This document shows, piece after piece, positions 21,528 through 30,212 of a DNA stretch of 64,000 nucleotides (position 1 is its first letter; each line of letters begins with the position of its first letter). The notes beneath the pieces are model-generated. The model did not search any database, was not told the DNA's origin, and saw only the letters and a list, made by a program, of their open reading frames with translations. The stretch is from NCBI GenBank assembly GCA_040756875.1, contig JBFLYH010000002.1:981246-1045245 (forward strand), written 5' to 3'. This DNA is from a candidate division FCPU426 bacterium. GTDB taxonomy: Bacteria > Oederibacteriota > JAAXVQ01 > JAUVAV01. Position numbers and translations under genes: made by a program.

Positions 21528-22624
21528 GCAGGGGAGCGGGCATCCGGATGCTGCTGGCCGCGGCCGCGTTTCTGGCCGCAGGCCCGGCGGCAAGGGCGCA
21601 GGACGGGAACACTCTGTCCGCGGCCTCCATACCCGTGCTGTGCTATCATCGCTTCGGCGGGCACAACGCCCAGGACGCTTATTCGGTCACGCCCGAGGAA
21701 TTCGCGGCGCAACTGGAAATGATCCAGGCCGAAGGCATGACCCCCGTTTCCCTGAGCAGCCTGGCCGCAGGGCTCAAGGGCGCGAGCCGACTGCCGGCCA
21801 AACCCGTGGTGATCACGGTGGACGACGGGTACCGGGACTTCAACAAACACGCCCGGCCCCTGCTCGCGGCCAAGGGCTATGCGGCCGCCTTGTTCGTCTA
21901 CCCCGCGTTCGTGGGCACCAAGCACGGCTTTTCGCGGCAGGACCTGGCCGAGCTGCAGGCCGCGGGCTTCGAGATCGGCTCGCACTCCGCGACGCACGCC
22001 TATCTGACGCGCCGTCCCGCGGGAGAAACGCCGGAAGCCCGGCAGGCGCGCCTGCAGGCCGAACTGGCGGGTTCGCGGGAAAAACTCAGGGAGTGGTCAG
22101 GCGGCGAAGTGCTGGCCCTGTCCTATCCCTACGGCCTGTGGGACCAGGAAACGGCGGAGGCGGCGCAGGCCGCGGGGCATGAGTTGATGTTCACCGTGGA
22201 TCCCGGGCCGAACGACGCGGCGACGCCCCGCTATGCCTTGAAGCGCACCATGATCCTGCGCGGCCTCACGCCCGGCATTTTCCTCAGCATCCTGCGGGAG
22301 GCGCCCCTGCGCGTCGGCGGCTGGGAGCCGGCGCTCGGCGCGCGGGTGGCCGGGCCGCTCCTCAGGCTGACCTTCAGCCTGGACCCGGAGCAGAGCCAAC
22401 GCCTTAAGCCGAACACCCTGGCCGTGACGCGCCAGAACCAGGCGCTGCCCCTGCGCTTCGACGCAGCGCGCGGCCGCTACGAAATCACGCTGCCCAAACC
22501 GTGGCAGCGCGGCACGGATTTGCTGATCCTGACCGCGCGGGACCAAGGCAACCGCCGCCTGCGCGACAGCCGCCTGGTCATCGTGGACCCGGCAATGGAA
22601 GCGAAAGGACTCACAACCCCATGA
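21524..22624 (+). CDS. polysaccharide deacetylase family protein (NodB-homology domain), secreted
   Basis: ATGA-coupled; signal peptide; NodB motifs ITVDDGYRD and GSHSATHAYL. Confidence 0.7.
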   Translation: MSRGAGIRMLLAAAAFLAAGPAARAQDGNTLSAASIPVLCYHRFGGHNAQDAYSVTPEEFAAQLEMIQAEGMTPVSLSSLAAGLKGASRLPAKPVVITVDDGYRDFNKHARPLLAAKGYAAALFVYPAFVGTKHGFSRQDLAELQAAGFEIGSHSATHAYLTRRPAGETPEARQARLQAELAGSREKLREWSGGEVLALSYPYGLWDQETAEAAQAAGHELMFTVDPGPNDAATPRYALKRTMILRGLTPGIFLSILREAPLRVGGWEPALGARVAGPLLRLTFSLDPEQSQRLKPNTLAVTRQNQALPLRFDAARGRYEITLPKPWQRGTDLLILTARDQGNRRLRDSRLVIVDPAMEAKGLTTP

Positions 22625-23352
22625 CCGTCAAACCCAAAGACCGCCTGTTCATCGCCCTGGATGTGGATGATTTGAAGGCCGCGGACCATCTTATGAGCCG
22701 CATGCAGGGCGTGGTGTCACAGTACAAGCTGGGCGCGCAGCTGCTCACGGCCGCCGGACCGGAGGCCGTGATGCACGTGCGCCGCCGCGGCTTCGGCGTC
22801 TTTTACGACGCCAAGTTCCACGACATCCCGCGCACGGTCGGCGCGTCCGTGGCCGCGGCCTGCCGCATCGGCGCCACCATCGTCAACGTGCACGCCGGCG
22901 GCGGCAAGGACATGATGGCCGCCGCAGCCCAGGCGGCCCGCGACGTGGCGCACAAACTGCGCCAGCCCCGCACCCTGGTGCTGGGCGTGACCGTGCTGAC
23001 GTCGCTCACCCAGGCCAACCTGACCCGGGAGCTGGGCGTGCGGCGCCGCCTGCAGTCGCAGGTGGTGCAGCTCGCGCGCCTGGCGAAAGCCTCGGGATTG
23101 GACGGCGTGGTCGCCAGCCCGCAGGAGATCGCGGCCGTGCGCCGGGCCTGCGGCCGGGATTTCGTGATCCTCACACCGGGCATCCGGCCGGCCGGGGCCA
23201 GCCTCAATGACCAGAAACGCACCCTGACCCCGGGCCAGGCCATGGCCGCGGGCGCCGATTACCTGGTGGTCGGCCGTCCGGTGTACGAGGCGCGCGACCC
23301 GCTGGCCGTGGTGCGGTCCATTTTCAGCGAAATGGAGGAGTTCATGCGATGA
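22621..23352 (+). CDS. pyrF: orotidine-5'-phosphate decarboxylase
   Basis: ATGA-coupled; FIALDVDD and DAKFHDIP motifs. Confidence 0.85.
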   Translation: MTVKPKDRLFIALDVDDLKAADHLMSRMQGVVSQYKLGAQLLTAAGPEAVMHVRRRGFGVFYDAKFHDIPRTVGASVAAACRIGATIVNVHAGGGKDMMAAAAQAARDVAHKLRQPRTLVLGVTVLTSLTQANLTRELGVRRRLQSQVVQLARLAKASGLDGVVASPQEIAAVRRACGRDFVILTPGIRPAGASLNDQKRTLTPGQAMAAGADYLVVGRPVYEARDPLAVVRSIFSEMEEFMR

Positions 23353-23942
23353 CACCCGCGCAAGTGCAAACCCTGTTCGAAGAGTCCGGCGCCCTGCTCA
23401 GCGGGCACTTCCAGCTGACCTCGGGCAACCATTCCAACCGCTACCTGCAGTGCGCCCTGGTCACCCAGCATCCGGGGCATGCCGCGAGCCTGGCCGACGC
23501 CCTGGCCGGACGGTTCAAGGACCAGGACGTGGACGTGGTCCTGGGCCCGGCCGTGGGCGGCATCGTGCTGGCCCAGGAAGTGGCGCAAGCCCTGTACCGC
23601 CAGGGTCGCCGGCAGGTGCGCGCCATTTTTTGCGAACGCGTGGACGGCCGCATGGCCCTGCGCCGCGGGTTTTCGCTCTCGTCCGGGGAACGGGTGCTGG
23701 CCGTGGAGGACGTGGTGACCACCGGCGGTTCGGTGCAGGAAGCCGTGGCCCTGGCCCAGGCCGCGGGCTGCACGGTGGTCGGCGTGGGCTGCCTGGTGGA
23801 CCGCAGCTCCGCGCCGCCGCAACTCGGCGCGCCCCTGGTCTCGCTGCTCAAGGTGAACGCCGATTTGTTTCCGCCGGACAACTGCCCCTTGTGCCGACAG
23901 GGCCTGCCGGCCATCAAGCCCGGCAGCCGGGGATTAAAATGA
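23349..23942 (+). CDS. pyrE: orotate phosphoribosyltransferase
   Basis: ATGA-coupled; PRPP-binding motif VLAVEDVVTTGGS. Confidence 0.85.
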   Translation: MTPAQVQTLFEESGALLSGHFQLTSGNHSNRYLQCALVTQHPGHAASLADALAGRFKDQDVDVVLGPAVGGIVLAQEVAQALYRQGRRQVRAIFCERVDGRMALRRGFSLSSGERVLAVEDVVTTGGSVQEAVALAQAAGCTVVGVGCLVDRSSAPPQLGAPLVSLLKVNADLFPPDNCPLCRQGLPAIKPGSRGLK

Positions 23943-23944
23943 AA

Positions 23945-24070
23945 GGGATGGGTCGAAGATTCACCCTAGGGCGGACGGCGGTTTGCTCTGCAAACCGCCT
24001 CGGATCGAAAAATCCCCTTGCCAATGCGGTTTTTCTCAACGCCGCCTGCGGGTGAATCTTCGACCCGTGT
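23945..24070. repeat. Palindromic intergenic element E2, homologous to E1
   Basis: 17-bp perfect IR GGGTCGAAGATTCACCC (23950-23966) / GGGTGAATCTTCGACCC (24050-24066); inner hairpin GGCGGTTTG/CAAACCGCC (23977-23999); shares blocks GGGATGG, TTCACCC, GACGGCGG, CCGCCTCGG, CGAAAAA, GTTTTTC, CAACGCC with E1. Confidence 0.7.
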
Positions 24071-24116
24071 TGGGTGTGATGAGAAGGATGTTACACAAAC
24101 CGCAAGGAGCAATGAC

Positions 24117-25034
24117 ATGCCTTCCCGCATGAAGAGCGCGCTCTGGTACCTGGCGCTCACGTTCATCCTCAGCTGGAGCTTGGTGGGCGTTGCGTTCTAC
24201 GGGCTCAAACTCCACCTCAACCAAGGCGCCGGGCTGGCGGTCGCGGTCCTTTATATGTTCATGCCCCTGTGCGCGGTTGTCCTCGTGCGCAAATTCATCC
24301 TGCGCCAGCCTGTCCGGGAAGCGCTGGGCCTGTCCTTCAAGCTCAATGCCTGGTGGCTTGTGGCCTGGCTGCTGCCGCTGGTTTTAAGCGTGGGCGCCTT
24401 GTTCGCTTCACTCCTGGTCCCGGGCGTGGAATGGTCCTGGTCCATGGAGGGGATGATCCAGCGCTTTGGCAGCCAGTTGACGCCGGCCCAGATCGAAGCT
24501 ATGCGCCAGCAAACCGCGGCTTTGCCCTTGCATCCCTTGTGGCTGGGGATGATCCAGGGGCTCCTGGCCGGCGTAACGGTCAATGCCGTGGCCGGGTTCG
24601 GCGAGGAAGCCGGGTGGCGGGGCCTCCTGCAGCGCGACCTGCAATTCTTGGGATTCTGGCGCTCATCCATCTTCATCGGGCTGGTTTGGGGCATCTGGCA
24701 CGTGCCGATCATTCTGCTGGGCCACAATTATCCCCAGCATCCTCGCGAAGGCGCTTTTTACATGGCGTATTTCACCATTTTAATGGCCCCCTTGTTCGCT
24801 TATATCCGCGCCCGCACCCGCTCCGTGGTGGCCGCGGCCGTCATGCACGGCACGCTCAATGCCGTGGCAGGCATTTCCTTCATGACCCTGGCGGGCGGGA
24901 GCGATTTGTCCGTGGGCCTGACCGGCCTGGCCGGCCTGGCGGTGCTGGCCGGCGCCAACGGCCTGCTGTGGGTGTACGACCGGTGGTTGAGCAAAGACCC
25001 GCTGATTCCGAATTACAGAACCTGGGTTTTCTAG
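24117..25034 (+). CDS. CPBP-family intramembrane metalloprotease (CAAX protease-like)
   Basis: Start at ATG 24117 (RBS AAGGAG); motifs EEAGWRG, FxxxH (WGIWHVP), HxxxN (MHGTLNA). Confidence 0.7.
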   Translation: MPSRMKSALWYLALTFILSWSLVGVAFYGLKLHLNQGAGLAVAVLYMFMPLCAVVLVRKFILRQPVREALGLSFKLNAWWLVAWLLPLVLSVGALFASLLVPGVEWSWSMEGMIQRFGSQLTPAQIEAMRQQTAALPLHPLWLGMIQGLLAGVTVNAVAGFGEEAGWRGLLQRDLQFLGFWRSSIFIGLVWGIWHVPIILLGHNYPQHPREGAFYMAYFTILMAPLFAYIRARTRSVVAAAVMHGTLNAVAGISFMTLAGGSDLSVGLTGLAGLAVLAGANGLLWVYDRWLSKDPLIPNYRTWVF

Positions 25035-25042
25035 GGGAGAAA

Positions 25043-25564
25043 ATGGAACCTTGGTTGTACGCTGCTTTGTTGGCTGTGCACAATCTCGTGCTGGTGATTT
25101 TCGGCGGCGGGATGTTCAGCGTCTGGCTCTTGAACCGGAAGCGTTCGGATTACGACCGGACGTCCCTGCACCCGGGCGACCATTTGCTCGAAGCATCAAT
25201 GATCGCCCATCCGGACGGCTACTTGCGTGGCCTGATCATGCTCGCGCTCACGGGCGGCGGCATGCCCCTGGTCCACTTTCTTTATCACGGCCACATCAAG
25301 CCGCAGACCGCGGTCTCCTGGTCCGCTTTCGGGTTTAAAGGCGTGCTGGTGACCGTGCTTTTTGTCGTGCTGATCCGGTGGCTGAAGCAGGTCGAACTCC
25401 CGCTGGGCCGGGCTTACGCCGAAGCCAAGGCTGCGCCCACGCCCGCGAACTGCCAGCGCTACTTCGAGCTCTCGGCCCGGCGCACGCGCTGGTGCCTATG
25501 GGGCTGGGTGGTGGCCCTGCTGGTGCTGCTGGTCACGCCGCTGGTGACTTTTTTCCAGGGCTGA
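25043..25564 (+). CDS. hypothetical membrane protein
   Basis: 173-aa hydrophobic ORF (4 predicted TM helices), ATG 25043. Confidence 0.45.
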   Translation: MEPWLYAALLAVHNLVLVIFGGGMFSVWLLNRKRSDYDRTSLHPGDHLLEASMIAHPDGYLRGLIMLALTGGGMPLVHFLYHGHIKPQTAVSWSAFGFKGVLVTVLFVVLIRWLKQVELPLGRAYAEAKAAPTPANCQRYFELSARRTRWCLWGWVVALLVLLVTPLVTFFQG

Positions 25565-25587
25565 GCGTGACGGCAATCTATAAATGA

Positions 25588-25616
25588 TTGAGTTTGGCCC
25601 GGACCCGGTGTAAAAT
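25588..25616 (+). promoter_or_regulatory. sigma70-like promoter TTGAGT-17-TAAAAT
   Basis: -35 at 25588-25593, -10 at 25611-25616, ~30 nt upstream of ATG 25647. Confidence 0.35.
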
Positions 25617-25646
25617 AAGCTCAACTTCACGACGCCGGGGGGACTT

Positions 25647-26054
25647 ATGCGACGCTATCTCAACATTCTGGAAGAGAAAAACGATCCCCGCCACATCGAG
25701 GAATACCTCGGCGCCTTCAGCGAGAGCCTCAAACTCATCCTGCAGCAAAATCCGGTGGAGCGCATGGGGCACGCCGTGCTCCTGGCCGCGAAAACCGCCA
25801 TGCGGCTCAAGGCCGCGGAACCCCGCTTGCGCGAACATGAAATCGCCAACCGCCTGCAGTTCATCGCCCGCAACATCCGCCTGACCACTATTCTCAAGGA
25901 CCTGACTCCCGAGGAGAAACGCATTCTCAAGCTGCATCCGAGCAATCACAACGCTCCGGTCTCCAAACCGCGGCGCAAGCCGGCGGCTTCCTCCGGTGTG
26001 ATTCCCCGCGGCGTCCGCAAGAGATCACAAAGGAGTAAGCCGCGGGGACGCTGA
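25647..26054 (+). CDS. hypothetical protein with highly basic C-terminal tail
   Basis: 135-aa ORF; C-terminus rich in R/K (RRKPAASSGVIPRGVRKRSQRSKPRGR). Confidence 0.45.
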   Translation: MRRYLNILEEKNDPRHIEEYLGAFSESLKLILQQNPVERMGHAVLLAAKTAMRLKAAEPRLREHEIANRLQFIARNIRLTTILKDLTPEEKRILKLHPSNHNAPVSKPRRKPAASSGVIPRGVRKRSQRSKPRGR

Positions 26055-26130
26055 ATGTCACACCCCGAACCTGTCATCCTCCCTCCGAATCCCCGATGCA
26101 TACTGCGAGGCGCTGGTGAAGGGGTGAAAC

Positions 26131-27456
26131 GTGCCTGAATCTTTCTCCGCCAGACAATTAATCGGTTGCGCCCTGGCTATCGGGCTGCTGCTTACAGGCT
26201 GCCGCGGCGCCACCCAGGCCCCGGCCTGGTCCCAGCGCTCCCTGATCGCCGGCCCTGAAATCCTCGTCCGTCTCTGGCGCAAAACCCCCTTCACGCAAGT
26301 GCAGCTCTCCTGGGACGGCACGCCGCTGCTGGCGGTGGATGCCAACGGAGAAATCATCCCCCTGCCGCAGGTCAACCGGCTCTATTTCTACCAGCGCGGC
26401 GAGCAGGTGGCCCTGGCATTCAAAGCCGGCCGCAAGGCGGCCCGCGAAGCCCAGGCGTACTCCTCGCTGGTGCTGCGGGTCCCGGGATCCGAGGTCAAGG
26501 CGTTCACGGTGTTGATCCCGGAATACGGCCGGCGGCGCAACTACGGCGCCCAAGCCGTGAGCCTGTCCGTGAAATACGGGCACTTGGCGCTGATCAACCA
26601 TCTGCCGCTGGAAATGTACCTGGCGCGCGTGCTGCCCGAGGAAATGGATCCGGAGCATTTCACGCTGGAGGCGCTCAAAGCCCAGGCCGTGGTGGCGCGC
26701 ACCTGGTCCCTGACCAATCTCAACCGGCACGCCCGCTATGGGTATCATTTTTGCGACGGGCCCCACTGCCAGGCCTACCGCGGCCGCAAGCGGGTGTCCG
26801 GCCGGGCCGAGGACGCGGTGAAGATGACCCTGGGCGAAGTGGTGCTCTCCGGCGGCGAGCCGGCCGAGGCGTTTTACCACAGCACCTGCGGGGGCAACAC
26901 GGCGTTCGTGGAAGACGTATGGCCCGGGGCCCGGCTTCCGTATCTGAGGCGCGTCGAGGACCGCTTCCGCCCCGGTCAGCGCGCCTACTGCGCCCATTCC
27001 CCCTATTCACGCTGGACGCTGTGGACTTCGCTCCGGCACGTGGAGCGGGTATTGAAACGCCGCCAGGCGATCGCCGCCGAAACCAATCTGCTGGACGTCA
27101 AAGTGGACGCGGTCAACCGTTCCGGCCGCGTGCTCAGGATTTGGCTGGCCACAGACCGCGGCGAATTGACACTGGGCGGGGAGTCCTTTCGCGCGTGGCT
27201 GAACGAGGAGTTCGGGCGAAAGCTCCTGAGCACGTTTTATTCCATCAGGGTGGAGGACGGGCAGTTTAAGCTGGAGGGGAAAGGCCTGGGACACGGGGTC
27301 GGCATGTGCCAATGGGGCGCCCGGGGCATGGCCCAGCTCGGTTTTTCCTACCAGGACATCCTACAGCATTACTTTCCGGGGACCACGATCGGCCGGTTCG
27401 AGGGGGCGGCCGTGGAACCCGGGGCGACCACGGTGAATTCGCACGCCGGGAAGTAG
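26131..27456 (+). CDS. SpoIID/LytB-domain protein (putative peptidoglycan-acting lipoprotein)
   Basis: GTG start at 26131; lipobox LLTGC; SpoIID/LytB blocks HSTCGGNTAFVEDVW and GHGVGMCQWGARGMA. Confidence 0.7.
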   Translation: MPESFSARQLIGCALAIGLLLTGCRGATQAPAWSQRSLIAGPEILVRLWRKTPFTQVQLSWDGTPLLAVDANGEIIPLPQVNRLYFYQRGEQVALAFKAGRKAAREAQAYSSLVLRVPGSEVKAFTVLIPEYGRRRNYGAQAVSLSVKYGHLALINHLPLEMYLARVLPEEMDPEHFTLEALKAQAVVARTWSLTNLNRHARYGYHFCDGPHCQAYRGRKRVSGRAEDAVKMTLGEVVLSGGEPAEAFYHSTCGGNTAFVEDVWPGARLPYLRRVEDRFRPGQRAYCAHSPYSRWTLWTSLRHVERVLKRRQAIAAETNLLDVKVDAVNRSGRVLRIWLATDRGELTLGGESFRAWLNEEFGRKLLSTFYSIRVEDGQFKLEGKGLGHGVGMCQWGARGMAQLGFSYQDILQHYFPGTTIGRFEGAAVEPGATTVNSHAGK

Positions 27457-29621
27457 CGGGGCGTGCGGGTTACCTGCAGGGGCGAACGCGAACGGCGGGC
27501 CGATCCCATGGGCGCCACTTTCAGGTTCACCTGATACCGGCCGGCCGGAAGGCCCGGCGGCACTGCCAGCTGATAAATTTCCTCCAGATTGCCGGGCGCG
27601 TAGGCCCACGAGGGCGGGGGCCAGTAACCCAGGCGCCGGACCGCTTTCCAGGGCCGGCGCAGGGTTCCGGAAACGGACGGCTGGATCCAAAAATACACCA
27701 CCCATTGTTCGCCGTTGGGCGCGGGCAGAAATTGCCAGCGCAAGGAAACAGTCAGCACGGAATCCAAACCCTCCGAAGCGGCCGGCGGCTGCACGCCGGC
27801 TGCCACCAGGCGCATGGGTCCTGCCGTCTCCAGCGGAGACGGGGTTTTGGCCGGGCCCAGGCCTGATTCGCCCCAGACCGGGCCGCGGGCCACGGGAAAC
27901 GGTTCAACGTGATAGGCTGAAAACCGCCGGTTGGTTCCGTCCGGGCCGTTCACTAAATAGCCTCCATCCTCCATTGCCAATAATCTGAAGCTTTGCAGAA
28001 AGTATTCCCAAGCCGGAGAGGACAGTTTGGGCCTGGCCAAGACCACCACCGGTTTTCCCGCCGACACCTGTTGGCCGAGTTCCCGGTTCCAGGCGGCCCA
28101 TTTGCGCCAGGCCTTGCCTTTTTCCGCAGCGCGGGCGCCGGCGGCAGCCGGCCAGGGTTTGGACAGAGGTTGCAGCAGCAAATCCGGACGCACGCCTTTG
28201 CGGGTTTGCAGCAACAAAGGCAGCAGCCCCTGCTGCATGTCCGGAAAAACCACGATGGCGGATTCGGGCAGGCTTTTCATCCCGCGGCCGACTTCGTCCA
28301 CGTCGGAAATCCGGGGGCCGGATGCCGCTTCCGGCCATCCCTGCAGCAACATCAGCACCGGGGCCAGGGCCACCAGGCTCATGCCGATCCAGGTGGGCTT
28401 GAGACGCATGCCCAGGCTCAAGCGGTGGTCGCCCTGCCCCAGCACGGTCAGGACATACTGCAGGGCTTCCAAACCCAGCCAGGGGCCGGCCATGGCCAGC
28501 CCCAGCATCACGTCCTCGCTTTGCCGCAGGGGCAGCAGCAGCAAACCCGCCAGGGAACAGACGATCAGAAGCGCCAGGAACTGGCGTCCCGGCAGGTTGA
28601 TTTCCTCGGTTACGCGCAGCGGGGTTTTGAGAAACAACCGGCGCAGGTTGGCGGCCAGCCCCAGGCCGGCCAAGGCCCAGGAAAAAACGGGAAAATGCCG
28701 CAGCCAGACGGACCAGACCGTCGACCAAGGTCCCTGCGGGGCAGCAGGGGGGGACCCGTGCGACTGGAGCTGGGTCAGGAAGCCCTGCCAGGCGTGAAGG
28801 TTCAGGGCCGGGCCGAGCGGCTGGAAATGATCCGTGTTGATGAAGACGTGATCCGCAGTCAAGCGCAGGGGCAGGTACAGATAGGGCAGCAAGGCGCCAA
28901 CCAGGGCCGCGGCCACGGCCTGGCCGTACATCCAGGCCTGCACGCGTTGGCGGGGGAGCCCCAGCACCAACCCCAGGAGCAGGGCCGAGGCTGCCCAAGG
29001 AAGCAAGCCCAGGGATTGGGAAGCCGTGGCGCCCAATAAAGCGGCCCAGGCCGTGAGGCGCCAGACGGACACCGGGTGACGGCCGGGCGTGAGCAGACCC
29101 AGCGTTAAGTACACGCCAACAGCCAACAGCCAAAGGTGGAAGGACATCGGGCCGATGCGCAAGCCGGCCTGCCAGACCGGAAAAAACCAAAAACAGGACA
29201 AAGCCGTGGCCAGGGAGACGAAGGGCGGAAACAACAGGCGGCGCGCGATCAAATAAACGAACAGGCAGGTTCCGGAGCCGAACAGCAGGCTGAGCAGGCG
29301 GTACCGCCACAGCTCTTCGCCCAAGGGCAGCACGACGGACAGGAACTTGGCGCTGAGCAGATACAACGGATAGCCCGGAAAACGGACCACGCCCAGCGTG
29401 CTCGCGCCCAGCACCCATTCGGCCTGGCCGCCGGCCCACGAGCTTGTGGCCAGCCAGGGCCAGGAAGTCAGCAAGGGCAGGAAAAAAGCCAGCAGGCCGA
29501 ACCAGCCGTCGGGTTTAAGGAAGAAAATCGTCTGATCCACCCGTTCCGGGCGAGAGGGTGCGTACACGAGCAGCAAGCCTCCGCGGAGCCTGAGCCGGTG
29601 ACGGCGTACGCTCCAGAGCAT
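27369..29621 (-). CDS. DUF2723-like polytopic membrane protein (GT-C-fold glycosyltransferase-like)
   Basis: Only supported minus-strand gene; 750 aa, N-terminal half strongly hydrophobic with LGVVRFPGYPL motif; start uncertain (alternative GTG at 29567 with GGAGG SD). Confidence 0.6.
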   Translation of the reverse strand: MLWSVRRHRLRLRGGLLLVYAPSRPERVDQTIFFLKPDGWFGLLAFFLPLLTSWPWLATSSWAGGQAEWVLGASTLGVVRFPGYPLYLLSAKFLSVVLPLGEELWRYRLLSLLFGSGTCLFVYLIARRLLFPPFVSLATALSCFWFFPVWQAGLRIGPMSFHLWLLAVGVYLTLGLLTPGRHPVSVWRLTAWAALLGATASQSLGLLPWAASALLLGLVLGLPRQRVQAWMYGQAVAAALVGALLPYLYLPLRLTADHVFINTDHFQPLGPALNLHAWQGFLTQLQSHGSPPAAPQGPWSTVWSVWLRHFPVFSWALAGLGLAANLRRLFLKTPLRVTEEINLPGRQFLALLIVCSLAGLLLLPLRQSEDVMLGLAMAGPWLGLEALQYVLTVLGQGDHRLSLGMRLKPTWIGMSLVALAPVLMLLQGWPEAASGPRISDVDEVGRGMKSLPESAIVVFPDMQQGLLPLLLQTRKGVRPDLLLQPLSKPWPAAAGARAAEKGKAWRKWAAWNRELGQQVSAGKPVVVLARPKLSSPAWEYFLQSFRLLAMEDGGYLVNGPDGTNRRFSAYHVEPFPVARGPVWGESGLGPAKTPSPLETAGPMRLVAAGVQPPAASEGLDSVLTVSLRWQFLPAPNGEQWVVYFWIQPSVSGTLRRPWKAVRRLGYWPPPSWAYAPGNLEEIYQLAVPPGLPAGRYQVNLKVAPMGSARRSRSPLQVTRTPRYFPACEFTVVAPGSTAAPSNRPIVVPGK

Positions 29622-29645
29622 TTAAAGCAGACAGGGTGATTCGAG

Positions 29646-29702
29646 AGCAGACAGCAGCAAGGTGAAAGGGCAGCCACTGCGTTCACCTTGCTGCTGTCTG
29701 CT
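29646..29702. repeat. 21-bp perfect inverted repeat with 15-nt loop
   Basis: AGCAGACAGCAGCAAGGTGAA (29646-29666) / TTCACCTTGCTGCTGTCTGCT (29682-29702); direct repeat AGCAGACAG also at 29625. Confidence 0.8.
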
Positions 29703-29904
29703 TATATTGTATCTGATTCACTGTCCGAGTGCCGGATGGCGCTCAGTCCGATTATACCCGCCCGGCGCCTTGAGCCAAGCATTAAGTTGCTGGACGCCCA
29801 TTTTTCTTCTCTATCTCGCCGCAAGCCGGAGGCAGGGCAGGGACGGGAGCCGGGTCTGACGAAAATCATTCATTTAAGCTGGTCGGCGTCAAAGGCTTTA
29901 AAAG

Positions 29905-29933
29905 TTGACAAGGCCATGACCCCCGACTATAAT
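29905..29933 (+). promoter_or_regulatory. consensus sigma70-type promoter TTGACA-17-TATAAT
   Basis: Perfect -35 (29905-29910), 17-nt spacer, perfect -10 (29928-29933); about 280 nt upstream of the YYY gene. Confidence 0.55.
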
Positions 29934-30212
29934 TGCACCAATTGTATTAAATTTTAGGCTTTTTCTGACCCTCGGTCTGTTCCGCCCTACCCGAACGAAC
30001 GGGTTCCCGCAAGTTATCCCGCAACGCCGAAGACCTTGGGTATGCCAGGGTATAAAGGCGTCATCAAGCGTTGCGGGATGTCGCCTGCCACTTGGCCGAC
30101 GACGCGAGGATGTTTAGTTATACCCCGGGCTTCGCCCGGGGGCTCTATATATATAATGTAGGCGTGGGCTTGGCACGGGAATGGCTTTGACACAGGAAGG
30201 GGATTCGCGCTG

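Noticed and set aside
27993-29039. 348-aa + strand ORF inside the minus-strand DUF2723-like gene
   Set aside because: Arg/Gly/Gln/His-rich product; the opposite-strand ORF encodes a coherent polytopic membrane protein
29688-29957. 89-aa + strand ORF in the divergent intergenic region
   Set aside because: No ribosome-binding site, overlaps the inverted repeat and the consensus promoter; more likely non-coding regulatory DNA
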